From Eledone cirrhosa (lineage: Eukaryota), in assembly GCA_964016885.1 (NCBI GenBank), contig OZ024753.1, forward strand, positions 20,894,001-20,958,000: a stretch of 64,000 bases of DNA, given 5' to 3'. Under the pieces are notes generated by a model. The model had not been told where the DNA came from. It was given only the letters and a program-made list of their open reading frames with translations, and ran no database searches. A program made the translations under genes and the position numbers. Of the stretch, positions 1-12,700 are shown one piece after another. Within the stretch, counting starts at the first letter, position 1. The number at the start of each line of letters is the position of its first letter.

Positions 1-136
1 AGACTTGGAGTCTAGTCTGGGGTGCCAACTGAGATACCAGCAAGCTGCTTAAGAAACATTTGTAACCAGGATTGAGCAATAAATTTCTTGCGTAACACCT
101 CCATATTGTTCTTATTATATGTATATATATAATCCA

Positions 137-380
137 TCATCATCATCGATTAACATCTATCTTCCACGCTCACATGGGTTAGACAAGTTTGTCCCATTTA
201 GAAGCAAGTTGAGTCAGGTGACCATGTCTTGCTCATATAGAAGTGTTTCTGGCTGGTTTTCTATGGCTGGATGTCCTTCCTAGTTCCAACCACATTGACA
301 GTGTGTGCTGGGTACTTTTTGTCGTGTCTCCTACATGACCACTTTACAGTGTGAGCTGGGTGTTTTGTGGTACCAGTATA
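137..380 (-). mobile_element. Diverged SINE/RTE 3' tail fragment
   Basis: (CAT)n followed by the reverse complement of the GGAAGGGCATCCAGC-type 3' UTR motif shared with the RTE at 8815-9210. Confidence 0.65.
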
Positions 381-849
381 ACACACATATATATATATAT
401 ATGTACATGCATGCATCATGATACTGATATACATATATATATATATTTGTGTGCACTTACATATACCATACATATACATATATATATATAGATATATACT
501 CACATATCATACATATACATACACACATTATATATATATACTCACATATATATATATATCATCATCATCCTTGTAATTAAACATCCATCTTCATGGGAAG
601 GATGGATTGACCATTAGGGAGAAAAACACGTCAGAGGACCATGTTTAGCTCACTTGACATACATGCACACACATACATACAAATAGACTTATACACACGT
701 AAAAGGCATGCATGTAAGTAAAGAGTACTTACATAAGCTCAGTACTGTAAGATGGAGCGAAAGAGGGTGTAGGTGGGGTGGAACGGAGGGAGAGGGAAGG
801 GGTATATGTTGAGTATAGTGTTTTTTGAAACTATCATTCTGGAGGCAGA

Positions 850-1420
850 ACTGGTTTACCGGATTTATATGTTACGTAGTTATTGTGCATGCAGAGTTCG
901 GCCAGTGTTCAGAGGGTTTGTTCAGGGTCAGGCCCTTGGCAAATAATATTTCATAGCTCTCCAAAATACAAAGGTCGCAGCACTTATGACCACCTATATA
1001 TTAGCACGCTCTGGAGTAATTTCCATTTGAGCATGACGGAGGAGGGTTCATCTTGAGATGCCAGACTTCAGCAGCTAGTCTCATTTGGTTGGATATGACC
1101 TTGTCTTCTGAACGAGTGGGTATGGGTTCATCACCAGATCTTAAAATTAGATGTCATTCTGATATATGTTTTTATGCTGTTGTCAATGCCTGAGACAACA
1201 TCGCATTTATATATGATGTCATTTATCAGGCATTTGTTTTCGAGTGGGCATGCTTCCTTATTGTGGAAATTGCACAAGGGTCCCATCAAGGGGTAGTTTC
1301 AGGGCTAGCAGGCTTATTTAATTTAGTAGTGTTGAGGTTGGCTATATTCCTAGCTAAGTTAGGTGTAGTGGATTTTTTTTTTCGCCTGGAAGTGAAAGAT
1401 ACCAAGTTGTTGTCACAACA
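850..1420 (-). mobile_element. Decayed PLE GIY-YIG endonuclease fragment (Hydra-like type)
   Basis: Minus strand at ~940-995 reads GGHKCCDLCILESYEILF, the same CxLC..E motif as in the PLE fragments at 24.6, 45.3 and 54.2 kb. Confidence 0.65.
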
Positions 1421-1499
1421 CCTTTCTAGGAGAGGGAAACTCTGAAAAAAAACCTGTGGCTTCGGAAGCATCCAATGATGTTGACCAGTTCTCCTTTTT

Positions 1500-1524
1500 G
1501 TATATATATATATATATATGTATA

Positions 1525-1577
<53 letters not shown>

Positions 1578-1582
1578 GTATG

Positions 1583-1671
<89 letters not shown>

Positions 1672-1722
1672 GTAAATATATATGTATATATATATGTGTA
1701 TATATATATATGTATATATATA
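1500..1722. repeat. (TA)n/(TATG) microsatellite
   Basis: Direct reading. Confidence 0.95.
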
Positions 1723-1946
1723 CAGTATTGACGTATCGAGAGAGAGATAAAAAAAAAGGAGGGAGGATAGGTGATACATATAGTTATTTGCCAAGTAGCG
1801 TATGCCAAAGGTGCTCGATACTAGTGCCGGCAGTATTAAATATTCGAAGTGTTAATATTTAGTGGGCTAGAGAGTTAGCAGAGCGTAAGCACGTGGGAAA
1901 GTAGGAAATCGGAGAATAGACCATTAAAACATGTTTATTTAAAACA

Positions 1947-1986
1947 GCACCTACGTACATTTCGCCCAGTTGGGCTTTTCAAGGGC
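1947..1986 (-). ncRNA. Minimal type I HHR, U3-A8 core variant
   Basis: gccc UUGAAAA gccc-aacu-gggc GAA augu-acgu A ggugc: helix II 4 bp, near-palindromic helix III, GUA site. Confidence 0.65.
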
Positions 1987-2103
1987 ATAAATAATCAAAA
2001 GTGTTCCTTACATTGCTCGGAAAGAGTTTTTTGGGCTAAATCCACGTCAAGGTTCATTGCTCGCAAAAATAGCTTGTTTAAACAAGCTATTTTGATTATT
2101 TAT

Positions 2104-2143
2104 GCCCTTGAGAAACCCAACTGGGCGAAACGTACGTAGGTGC
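2104..2143 (+). ncRNA. Minimal type I HHR, U3-A8 variant (inverted copy)
   Basis: gccc UUGAGAA acccaacugggc GAA acguacgu A ggugc; A-C mismatch at the base of helix II. Confidence 0.55.
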
Positions 2144-2258
2144 TGTTTTAAATAAACATGTTTTAATGGTCTATTCTCCGATTTCTTACTTTCCCATATG
2201 TATATATATGTATATATATATATATATGTATATGTATGTATATATATATATATATGTA

Positions 2259-2605
2259 TCATCATCATCATCATCATTTCATTTTACGTCTGCTTTTCCC
2301 TGCTTGCAAGGGTAGGACGGGAACTGATTCTGGCTTGATTTCTACAGCTGGATGCCCTTCCTAACACCAACATCATTTACAGTGAGTACTGGGTGCTTTT
2401 TTGCCGTGGCACCTCCACGACCACTTTGCAGTGGAATGATAGAGACCCCAGTCTCTATCATTTCATTTCTACAGCTGAGTAAACTGGAGCAATGTGAAAT
2501 AAAGTGTCTTGCTCAAGGAAACAACACTTCACCCGGTCTGAGAATTGAACTCACAACCTTTCGATTGTAAGGCCAATGCTCTAACCACTAAGCCATGTGC
2601 CTCCA
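2259..2605 (-). mobile_element. Full-length tRNA-derived SINE with RTE-type 3' tail
   Basis: Minus strand: A box TGGCTTAGTGG, B box GAGTTCAATTC, central TCCTTGAGCAAGACAC domain, then GGAAGGGCATCCAGCTGTAGAAA and a (GAT)n tail like the RTE 3' UTR. Confidence 0.85.
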
Positions 2606-2652
2606 ACTAACAGATCATTAGCGAAACACTTGTCACAAATCAATAAACACAA

Positions 2653-2820
2653 TGTATATATATGTATATATATATATATATATGTATATGTATGTATATA
2701 TATGTATATGTATGTATATATGTATATGTATATATATATATGTATATGTATGTATATATATATATGTATATATATATATGTATATATGTATGTATATATG
2801 TATATATGTATATATGTATG

Positions 2821-2915
<95 letters not shown>

Positions 2916-3338
2916 CTATGTATATATATATATGTATATATATATATATGTATATATGTATATATGTATATATGTATGTATATAGATATATATGTATATA
3001 TATATGTATATATATATATATGTATATATATGTATGTATGTATATATATGTATATATATATGTATATATATATATATATATCTATGTATATATATATATG
3101 TATATATACATATATATGTATATATGTATATATATATATGTATATATATATATGTATATGTATATATGTATATATATATATATGTGTATATGCATATATA
3201 TATATATATATATATATGTATATGTATGTATATATATATATATGTATATATATATATGTATATATGTATGTATATATGTATATATGTATATATGTATATA
3301 TATATATATGTATATATATATGTATATATATATATATG

Positions 3339-3378
<40 letters not shown>

Positions 3379-3406
3379 TATGTATGTATATATATATATA
3401 TCTATG

Positions 3407-3464
<58 letters not shown>

Positions 3465-3544
3465 AATATATGTATGTATATATATATATATATATATTTG
3501 TATATATATATGTATATATATATATATATGTATATATATGTATG

Positions 3545-3599
<55 letters not shown>

Positions 3600-3606
3600 A
3601 TATATA
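2653..3606. repeat. ~950-bp (TA)n/(TATG) microsatellite
   Basis: Direct reading. Confidence 0.95.
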
Positions 3607-3883
3607 ACTTTGAATAACTTTGAAATGTTTTGGCCAGTATTGGCCCAGGCCATGTCTAACTTAATAGCACCACCTGGCGAAGTCTTTCAATTCAGGATTT
3701 GGGCACCATGGCCCATTCGAGAAGAGAATTACTGTTTGCGGAGACATATCCGGGTGTGGGTGGTTTGTCCGGGATTACTTGGAGGAATTTGTCCAAAGAC
3801 TTCTTGAATTTTGTGTGGTCAGTTTCTGTTTTGATGTGTCCTGGTGTGATGTTGAAGAGAGCAGGGCCGATTGAGGTGAAATA
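3607..3883 (-). mobile_element. CR1-group LINE 3' end fragment
   Basis: Translates [14 protein letters not shown]...[21 protein letters not shown]...*, a typical CR1-group ORF2 C-terminus; tail ends in a CAAAGTTAT repeat. Confidence 0.75.
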
Positions 3884-4099
3884 ATTGTATATATGTATAT
3901 ATATATATGTATATATATATGTATATGTATATATGTATATATATATATATGTATATCTGTATATATATGTATATAGATATATATCTGTATATATATATAT
4001 ATGTATATATGTATGTATATATATATATATATGTATATATGTATATATATATATGTATGTATGTATATATATATGTATATATGTATATATATATATGTA

Positions 4100-4442
4100 T
4101 CATGATCATCATCATTTCATTTTACGTCTGCTTTTCCCTGCTTGCAAGGGTAGGGCGGGAACTGATTCTGGCTTGATTTCTACAGCTGGATGCCCTTCCT
4201 AACACCAACATCATTTACAGTGAGTACTGGGTGCTTTTTTGCCGTGGCACCTCCACAACCACTTTGCAGTGGAATGATAGAGACCCAGTCTCTATCATCT
4301 CATTTCTACAGCTGAGTAAACTGGAGCAATGTGAAATAAAGTGTCTTGCTCAAGGAAACAACACTTCACCCGGTCTGAGAATTGAATTCACAACCTTTCG
4401 ATTGCAAGGCCAATGCTCTAACCACTAAGCCATGTGCCTCCA
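4100..4442 (-). mobile_element. tRNA-derived SINE (near-identical to 2259-2605)
   Basis: Same A/B boxes and tail, and the same 50-bp flank. Confidence 0.85.
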
Positions 4443-4546
4443 ACTAACAGATCAATAGCGAAACACTTGTCACAAATCAATAAACACAATGTATATGTAT
4501 GTATATATATATATATATATATATGTATATGTATGTATATATATGT

Positions 4547-4914
4547 ATATTTTGTTTTAGTCTCATTCATTCTCAGCCCCACACTCATCGACACAGTCTC
4601 AACCTCCCCCATCAAATCCTCTGCCTCCTTCACTGTATTTGTCACCAAAACTATGTCGTCGGCAAATTCAGCATCAGAGGAGACTGAGGTTGGCTGGACA
4701 TGCTCACCGACATCCAGAGTTGACATTGCACTCAGTGCTCCTTTGGGAGCTCCTACATGGACACACTAGAAGAGGAAGACCAAGGTTAACATATGTTGAT
4801 GCCCTAAGGACAGACACTGGTCTGTTGGAGATGCAGGATATGGCAGCGATAATGAGGGACAGAGACCGCTGGAGAGAACTCGTCCATGGATCTCGGGAAT
4901 TTTACCCGCCTTAG
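4547..4914 (+). mobile_element. Short RTE copy (family B) with inverted 5' piece
   Basis: 4547-4675 minus encodes DAEFADDIVLV...TKTKY; 4675-4914 plus encodes QRRLRLAGH...GRPRL...EFYPP*, followed by (ATAG)n. Confidence 0.85.
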
Positions 4915-5039
4915 ATAGATAGATAGATATATGTATATGTATGTATATATGTATATGTATATATATATATGTATATGTATGTATATATATATATATATGT
5001 ATGTATATATATATGTATATATGTATATATGTATATATG

Positions 5040-5075
<36 letters not shown>

Positions 5076-5087
5076 TATGTATATATA

Positions 5088-5338
5088 TCATCATCATCAT
5101 CATCATCAACGTTTAACGTCCGTGTTCCACGCTTGCATGGGTTTGGATGGGGGTAGTCCCACTTGAGGCAAGAGTGATTGTCTTGCTCGCATAGGACTTT
5201 CTGGCAGGTTTTCTACAGTTGGATGCCCTTCCTAACACCAACCACATTTACAGTGTGGGTCTGGGAGGTTTTTACCGTGTTGCCTACACGGCCACATTAC
5301 AGCGTGGACTGTGTGTTTTTTTGTCGTGACACCTACAC
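5088..5338 (-). mobile_element. RTE family A 3' UTR fragment
   Basis: Reverse complement of 8955-9210, with (CAT)n. Confidence 0.85.
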
Positions 5339-5340
5339 AA

Positions 5341-5612
5341 GTGGGACTGGCTTTGTGCAGTGCCTTTGCTCACTATAAAAGCTTCACGGCACAGGCATTG
5401 CTTTATATCTGGAGATCTCTCTGCACTTGTCGTCACATGGAACCATGGGCCCAGCACTATGTGTCAATAATTGTCACAAGTGTAGTGTTTGTTCCAGAGT
5501 TTTCAAGTCGCTGGCTGGACTAAAATGTCACACTCGTTCAGCGCATCGGTAGGAGTTCTCCTACATGGATATAAAGTAGTGGCCGTACTCGAAAACGAGT
5601 TGGCAGCCACCA
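5341..5612 (+). repeat. Non-coding interspersed element X, 3' part
   Basis: Near-identical to 18853-19122 and inverted at 19258-19427; ends GGCAGCCACC into TA. Confidence 0.75.
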
Positions 5613-5730
5613 TATATATGTATATATATGTATGTATATATATATGTATATATATGTATGTGTATATATATGTATGTATATATATATGTATATATATGTA
5701 TATATATGTATATATATGTATATATATATG

Positions 5731-5995
5731 TCCAGGCCGAAACAAATGAGGTCGTCTAGGTGTCACGACAAAAAAACACACAGTCCACGCTGTAATGTGG
5801 CCGTGTAGGTAACACGGTAAAAACCTCCCAGTTCCACACTGTAAATGTGGCTGGTGTTAGGAAGGGCATCCAGCCGTAGAAAACCTGCCAGGCAGTCCTA
5901 TGCGAGCAAGACAACCACTCTTGCCTCAAGTGGGAAAAATCCCGTCCAAACCCATGCAAGCGTGGAATATGGACATTAAACGATGATGATGATGA
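5731..5995 (+). mobile_element. RTE family A 3' UTR fragment
   Basis: Matches 8932-9210; (GAT)n tail. Confidence 0.85.
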
Positions 5996-6042
5996 TATAT
6001 GTATATATATGTATATATATATATATGTATATATATGTATGC

Positions 6043-6079
<37 letters not shown>

Positions 6080-6145
6080 TATGCATATATATGTATATAT
6101 ATATATGTATATATATGTACATATATATGTATATATATATATATG

Positions 6146-6183
<38 letters not shown>

Positions 6184-6253
6184 TATGTATATATATGTAT
6201 GTATATATATATGTATATATATGTATGTATATATATATGTAAATATATGTATG

Positions 6254-6284
<31 letters not shown>

Positions 6285-6313
6285 ATATATATATGTATAT
6301 GTATATATATGTA

Positions 6314-8814
6314 TAAATAACCTAACTATCTGCAACACTAACTTCAAAAAACGAGACAATCACTTGATCACCTATAGATCAGGGGAACATACCAGCCAGG
6401 TAGATTATATCCTTACCAGAAAACGTGACAGAGTGTCTGTTGTTAACACTAAATCCCTCCCCCATGAAGAATGCACCTCCCAACATAGACTGATAATTAG
6501 CGACCTAATAGTCAGGACGAGACGTACTAGGCAACAAAAGAGGACTACCCTCAGGAGAAAAATATGGAAGCTAAAGGACCCCACAGCCAAAAATAAATTC
6601 CAAAGCATATTACTTGATGCTTTCGACAGTAAGGAAGAGCAAGTAGAGTCGTACAAGGTAGAGGAACAGTGGGAATTCCTGAAAGCAAACCTGCTGACGG
6701 CGACAGACAAAGTCTGTGGCTGGAGCAGGCCTGTAGGCAGGAGGAGAGTAACATGGTGGTGGAACAGTAAGGTGGAGGGGTCAATTAAGGCCAAAAAGCA
6801 GGCTTGGAAAGTATGGCAGGATGGGGGAAGCAGAGAAGACTATAAAGTGGCCAGGAGGGAAGCTAGGAGACAAGTGTACTTCGCAAGAAGGGAAGCAGAG
6901 GAAAGAAAGTTCAAGCATGTTCTACAACGTGAGGACCAAAAACGTGAGGTGTTCAGGATTGCCAGGCAATGTGTCAAGGAAAACAGTGATACTGTCGGGG
7001 AGAAGTGTGTACTTAACGATGACGGCGTACTTGCCATCACCGACACCGATAAGAAGGTAGCTTGGAAGTGTCACTATGAAAGGCTACTCAATGAGGAGAA
7101 TAAATGGGAGAAAGACAGTCTCCCCCACATCGACCCAATAGAGGGACCAGCAGTGTTAGTCGAGGGTAGTAAAATAAGTAAGGCAATCAAAGATATGAAG
7201 ACAGGCAAGGCGGCTGGGCCTTCGGAAAAAGTTGCCGAGATGCTGAAGGCATCTGGTACGGTGGGACACACCATGGTCACCCGGATAGTCAACCAAGTCA
7301 TACAGAATGGGGTTGTTCCGAAGGACTGCCGTAGCAGCATTATCGTTAACTGTTATAAGGGTAAAGGAGATGCCCTAGATAGGAGTAACTATAGAGGCAT
7401 TAAATTAATCGACCAGGTCATGAAGGTCACGGAAAAAGTAATAGCGCAACTAATCAGAGAGCGAATTGATCTAGATGAAATGCAGTTCGGGTTTGTGTCA
7501 GGAAAAAGTACCACAGACGCTCTTTTCATTGTACGACAACTACAGGAGAAGTACCTAGCTAAAAGTAAACCCCTATACTTAGATTTCGTCGACTTGGAGA
7601 AGGCCTTCGACAGAGTCCCCCGTTCCATTATCTGGTGGGCTCTTAGAAAACTAGGTGTCGATGAATGGCTTGTGAGAGCTATACAAGCCATGTATAAAGA
7701 AACAGTCAGCAAGGTTAGAATTAACAACAAATATAGTGAAGAGTTTAGTGTAAAAGTTGGTGTTCATCAGGGCTCTGTTCTTAGCCCCCTACTATTTATT
7801 ATTGCCCTCCAGGCTATAACAGTGGAGTTCAAGACCGGCTGCCCATGGGAACTCCTATACACAGATGATCTAACGCTCATAGCTGAATCAATGGCCGAGC
7901 TAGAGAAGAAATTCCAAACTTGGAAGCACGGGCTAGAATCAAAAGGCCTTAAAATTAACCTGGCTAAGACTAAAGTTCTAGTTTGTAAGAAAGAAAATAA
8001 GGCGGCGGTCCCCTCCGGGAAGTGGCCATGCGCAGAGTGTAGGAAAGGCGTAGGTAGAAATTCCATTTTGTGTCCCAAATGCAAAGTTTGGGTTCATAAA
8101 AGATGTAGTGGGATCACAGGTAAGCTAACTAAGAACATAGATTTTACATGTGGCCGGTGTTCTGGGGCAATAAGTAGCAGCAAGTGCCCACAAAATACTA
8201 GCTCTTTCAACTGCGCAGAGGGTTCTATAGAAATAGTGTACAGCTTCCGTTACCTGGGTGACAAAATCAGCAGTGGGGGAGGGTGCTCTGAAAGTACAGT
8301 AGCTAGAGTCAGAACTGGGTGGAAAAAGTTCAGAGAGCTTATACCACTATTAGCCGCTAAAGGGTTCTCCCTAAAAATGAAAGGCAGGTTGTATGATGCC
8401 TGCATACGAACAGCAATGTTGCATGGCAGTGAGACCTGGGCATTGTGTGTAGAGGATATACGCAGACTAGAGAGAAACGAAGCTTGCATGCTCCGCTGGA
8501 TGTGTAATAGTAATATACGTGAACGACAAAGCATAAACGAACTAAGGAAAAAATTAGAAATAAGAGGGATCAGATGTTGTTTACTAGAGAGAAGGCTACG
8601 TTGGTATGGTCACGTGATGCGCATGAAGGACGATAGCTGTATAACAAAGTGCAGGGCAATAAAGATAGACGGTAGCCACGGAATAGGCAGACCCAGAAAA
8701 ACCTGGGACGAGCTGATAAACTCCGACCTCACACAGTTATACCTCACCAAGACAATGTCACTGGACCGAGACCTTTGGCGGTACTCAGTAATAGAGAAGA
8801 CCCGCCTTACCTAA
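6314..8814 (+). CDS. RTE LINE ORF (5'-truncated): C-terminal part of AP endonuclease plus reverse transcriptase with internal PHD-type finger
   Basis: Open frame of ~830 codons: [72 protein letters not shown]. The first ~110 aa of the listed ORF are microsatellite. Confidence 0.92.
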
Positions 8815-9210
8815 ATACAAAGTAAAACCTACTACAGCCAGTAGGCATCTCTAACAAAATACACCCCCGTCCCACCACCCCCACCCCATCCACACCGCCC
8901 CCTCTATGTAAAGTTATGTTGGTGCCACACCATCCAGGCCGAAACAAATGAGATCGTGTAGGTGTCACGACAAAAAAACACACAGTCCACGCTGTAATGT
9001 GGCCGTGTAGGCAACACGGTAAAAACCTCCCAGACCCACACTGTAAATGTGGTTGGTGTTAGGAAGGGCATCCAACTGTAGAAAACCTGCCAGACAGTCC
9101 TATGCGAGCAAGACAATCACTCTTGCCTCAAGTGGGAAAACCCCCGTCCAAACCCATGCAAGCGTGGAACACGGACGTTAAACGATGATGATGATGATGA
9201 TGATGATGAT
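6314..9210 (+). mobile_element. RTE LINE family A, young 5'-truncated copy in a TA tract
   Basis: ORF plus ~370-bp 3' UTR ending GACGTTAAAC(GAT)n. Confidence 0.92.
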
Positions 9211-9338
9211 ATATGTATGTATATATGTATATATATGTATGTATATATATATGTATATATATGTATATATATATATGTATATATATGTATATATATGTAT
9301 GTATATATATATGTATATATATGTATGCATATATATAT

Positions 9339-9371
<33 letters not shown>

Positions 9372-9404
9372 AGTATATATATGTATATATATATGTATAT
9401 ATAT

Positions 9405-9545
9405 GCAGGAGGTGAGTTTTATTGTAGTACAATAAAGCAATGCAGATATCGGATAAGTAGCACTCTACAGTTTGTAGGACTGGAGTATAAATAATATATA
9501 AGATACATGGAACTCTTTTAACCATCTTTTGATCTTATATATTAT
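9405..9545. repeat. ~140-bp unit; empty-site counterpart of 23592-23688 + 25809-25860
   Basis: GGAGGTGAGTTTTATTG...ATAATATATA|AGATACATGGAACTC is contiguous here and split by a PLE at 23.7-25.8 kb. Confidence 0.85.
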
Positions 9546-9780
9546 ATGTATATATATATATATGTATATGTATATATATGTATATATATGTATATATATA
9601 TATGTATATGTATATATATATATGTATATGTATATATATGTATATATATGTATATATATGTATGTATATATATATATATGTATATATATGTATGTATATA
9701 TATGTATATATATGTATATATGTATGTATGTATATATATATATGTATATATATATATGTATATATATGTATGTATATATT

Positions 9781-12700
9781 CTAAGGCGGGTAAAATTCCC
9801 GAGATCCATGGACTAGTTCTCTCCAGAGGTCTCTGTCCCTCATTATCACTACCATGTCCTGTGTCTCCAACAGACCAGTGTCTGTCCTTAGGGCATCAAC
9901 ATACGTTAACCTTGGTCTTCCTCTTCTAGTGTGTCCATGTAGCGGCTCCCACAGGAGCACTGAGTGCAATGTCAAATCTGGATGTTGGTGAGCATGTCCA
10001 GCTAACCTCAGTCTCCTCTGTGTTACTGTTGAGCTGACTTTTGGGATGCTCCCATACAGCTCTGAGTTTTTCAACCTCAGTGTATACAGATTAATGTTCA
10101 GAGCCATCCTCAGCATTCTCCTCTAGCACCCATCCACCATCTGAGTGAGTTTCTTGGTCAGTGTCCTAGGCTCAGACCCATACAGCAGCAGACTCCACTA
10201 CAGCAATGAAGAGGCGGATTTTCAGGTCTCAACGAAGGTCCGACTTCCACACTGATCTCAAGCTGTGGCACGCTGCCCAGGCTTTGCTCTTCCTCTCAAC
10301 CACATCAACTTCCGTATTCCCAATCTTTGCTCCCAAATACAGGAAGCCCTCAACCAATTCTAGCGGCTTCCTGCCTACATTAGTGATCCCCTCTTGCTTC
10401 TCAACATTCTCTACCAGATATTTTGTTTTAGTCTCATTCATTCTCAGCCCCACACTCATCGACACAGTCTCAACCTCCCACATCAAATCCTCTGCCTCCT
10501 TCACTGTATTTGTCACCAAAACTATGTCGTCGGCAAATTCAGCATCCGATACCTTTTTCGCCCTAACTCTCCTCCTCTGAGCTGGTGCTACAGTAAAGCC
10601 AGAGTCCTGGTGTTTCTCCAGTGCAAGGCGCATACAATAGTCCACTACGATGATAAAAAGGTAGGGAGCCAATGTATCTCCCTGGAGCACTCCAGCCAGT
10701 ATCTCAAAGAACTCTGTCATCCCATCAGGTGTAGTAATGACTTGGGCTTTGGTGTTGGTGTAGAGCAGTGATATCAGGTCCACTATCTTCTTGGGGATTC
10801 CATAAGCCTGTAAGATCTTCATCAGTCAGTAACGGTCCACAGAATCAAAGGCCTTCCTAAAGTCAATGAAAACCATGACCGCAGTAAGGCACTTTGCTCT
10901 AGCTCCCTCTAATATCCTCCTCAGCATCATGATGTGACTGGTGGTTGATCTTCCCTCTCTGAAGCCGTTCTGGTTGTCCGTGAGCTTCTTCTCCATCTCA
11001 GGCTGGATCCTGTTAAGAATCATCCTGTTGAGGGTTTTTACCACAAGTGACATCAGTGAGATCCCCCTGTAGTTGTTGGTGTTAGAGAGATCTCCCTTCT
11101 TTGGCACTTGGACGATGTTACTGATCCTCCACTGATTCGGGGCAACTCCTTTCTCCAGTACCCGGTTACAGAACCCAGGATTATATCATCAAAATCACAC
11201 CTCTTCATCACCTCTGATGCCACTCCATCATCTCCATGAGCCTTGCCCTCCTTGATACTCTTCTTGGCTCTCTGAAGCTCCTCTCTGGTGAAGGGCTCTG
11301 TCTCAACATGCAGTTCCTCAAACAGCCGCCTGATCTCCCCAGTGCTCTGGGCTGAGTATGACATTAAACTACATCCTGGGTATGTCATTAAACTACATCC
11401 AGTGGCAAGGCTCCAGTTCGGGAGTTCAGGAGTTGTGGGGAATGTGGAGTTACCCCGTAGTTGTCATGACTCCCAAGTCTGCCCTGGCCCGCGGTAGTAG
11501 TACCTGTTAGGGCTCCATTTATGGGTTAAATAACTACCTTATTCGAGTGGCGCCGGTAAGGTATTGTCAGCCATTGAAAAGAAATATGGAGAGTCGATCT
11601 AACAGCACTAGGGTTAGAGCCCCTAATTACACTGTCAAGGAGCAGCCTGGTCGTTATGACTCTGCTGGCTTAGAGCCACAGAGAGGGCCAGTGGATGATG
11701 GATCAGCTGTCTCTGAGACAAATATAAAGAATGCAGTTTTGTCCTGCAGAAGAGCCATCAAAATGGGCACTTTGAATGTGAGGACTATTCGGACGCTGGA
11801 GAAGAGAGAGGAGTTGGGACATCTGTTCGAGGAGAGTGGTATACAGATACTTGCGATCCAAGAACACAGGATCCTACATGATGAGCCCGTGAGGAGTGTG
11901 ATGATCGGGAAGAGGAACCAGCTCATCACTACATCGGCAGTGAAGAACACAACAAATGCTGCAGTAGGAGGAGTGGGTTTTGTGTTCAGTGCAAAGACCA
12001 ATCTATTGGTGAGGGAAATAATGCCTGTCTCCCCGCGAGTGTTGAGGGTGACCTTCAATGGAAACTCAAGACTGACAGTCATCTCGGCCTATAGTCCAAC
12101 CGAGGGGGACAGTGATGTGAGTGCAGAAGAGTTCCATGAGGAGGTGTGTAGAGCTGTCAACACCACTCAAGCAGACAATATCCTGCTTGTTTTGGAGGAC
12201 TTCAATGCACATCTGAGTAAGGAGGGCAGTGAAGATCCTTGCTGGTACTTCCATAACAACACCAACCGAAATGGAAGACTACTGAGAGACACCCTGCTGG
12301 AGGCGAACTTGATAGCGACCAACCTAAGGTTTAGGAAGAATCTGGGGAAGATGTGGACCTACATCTCAGATATGCACCTGTCAAAGTCCCAGATTGATTT
12401 CATTCTGGTGAGGAAAAAGTGGCGGAATAGTGTTCTGAACACAGAACCATACAACTATTTCAGTACACTGGGTAGTGACCACCAGCTTGTTATGAGTGAA
12501 ATCCGGGTGAGCTTAAGAAAGAGGAAGGCTCGGCCCCGGAGAGCAATCTATGACTGGGGAGCTTTCAAGGAAGGTGATAAGCTACAGGAGAGGTTCACAG
12601 TGGAAGTGAGAAACAGGTTTAGTGCTCTGTGTGGAGATTCAGAGGAGAGAGAGATTGGATGGACTGAGGAGAGTGTGACGAGGAGGTACGGGCACTTCAC

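Larger units (their letters stand above)
1725..2196. mobile_element. ORF-less PLE pseudo-LTR-like element with inverted arms 1894-2000 / 2090-2196
   Basis: ~107-bp inverted repeat; each arm carries an HHR motif; TA tracts on both flanks. Confidence 0.65.

Noticed and set aside
20-70. CTGAGA...GAAACATTTGTA HHR-like string
   Set aside because: N7 is missing and no helix I can be formed
2530-2605. tRNA gene
   Set aside because: The A/B boxes belong to a SINE head; no full cloverleaf; followed by SINE body
2597-3617. Long Ile/Tyr/Met/Cys ORFs (also at 6.0, 18.1, 21.8, 23.0 and 25.9 kb)
   Set aside because: Translations of stop-free TA/TATG microsatellite
11354-11400. 23-bp direct repeat at the RTE inversion junction
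   Set aside because: Likely a small 5'-end duplication; cannot be interpreted without the family consensus
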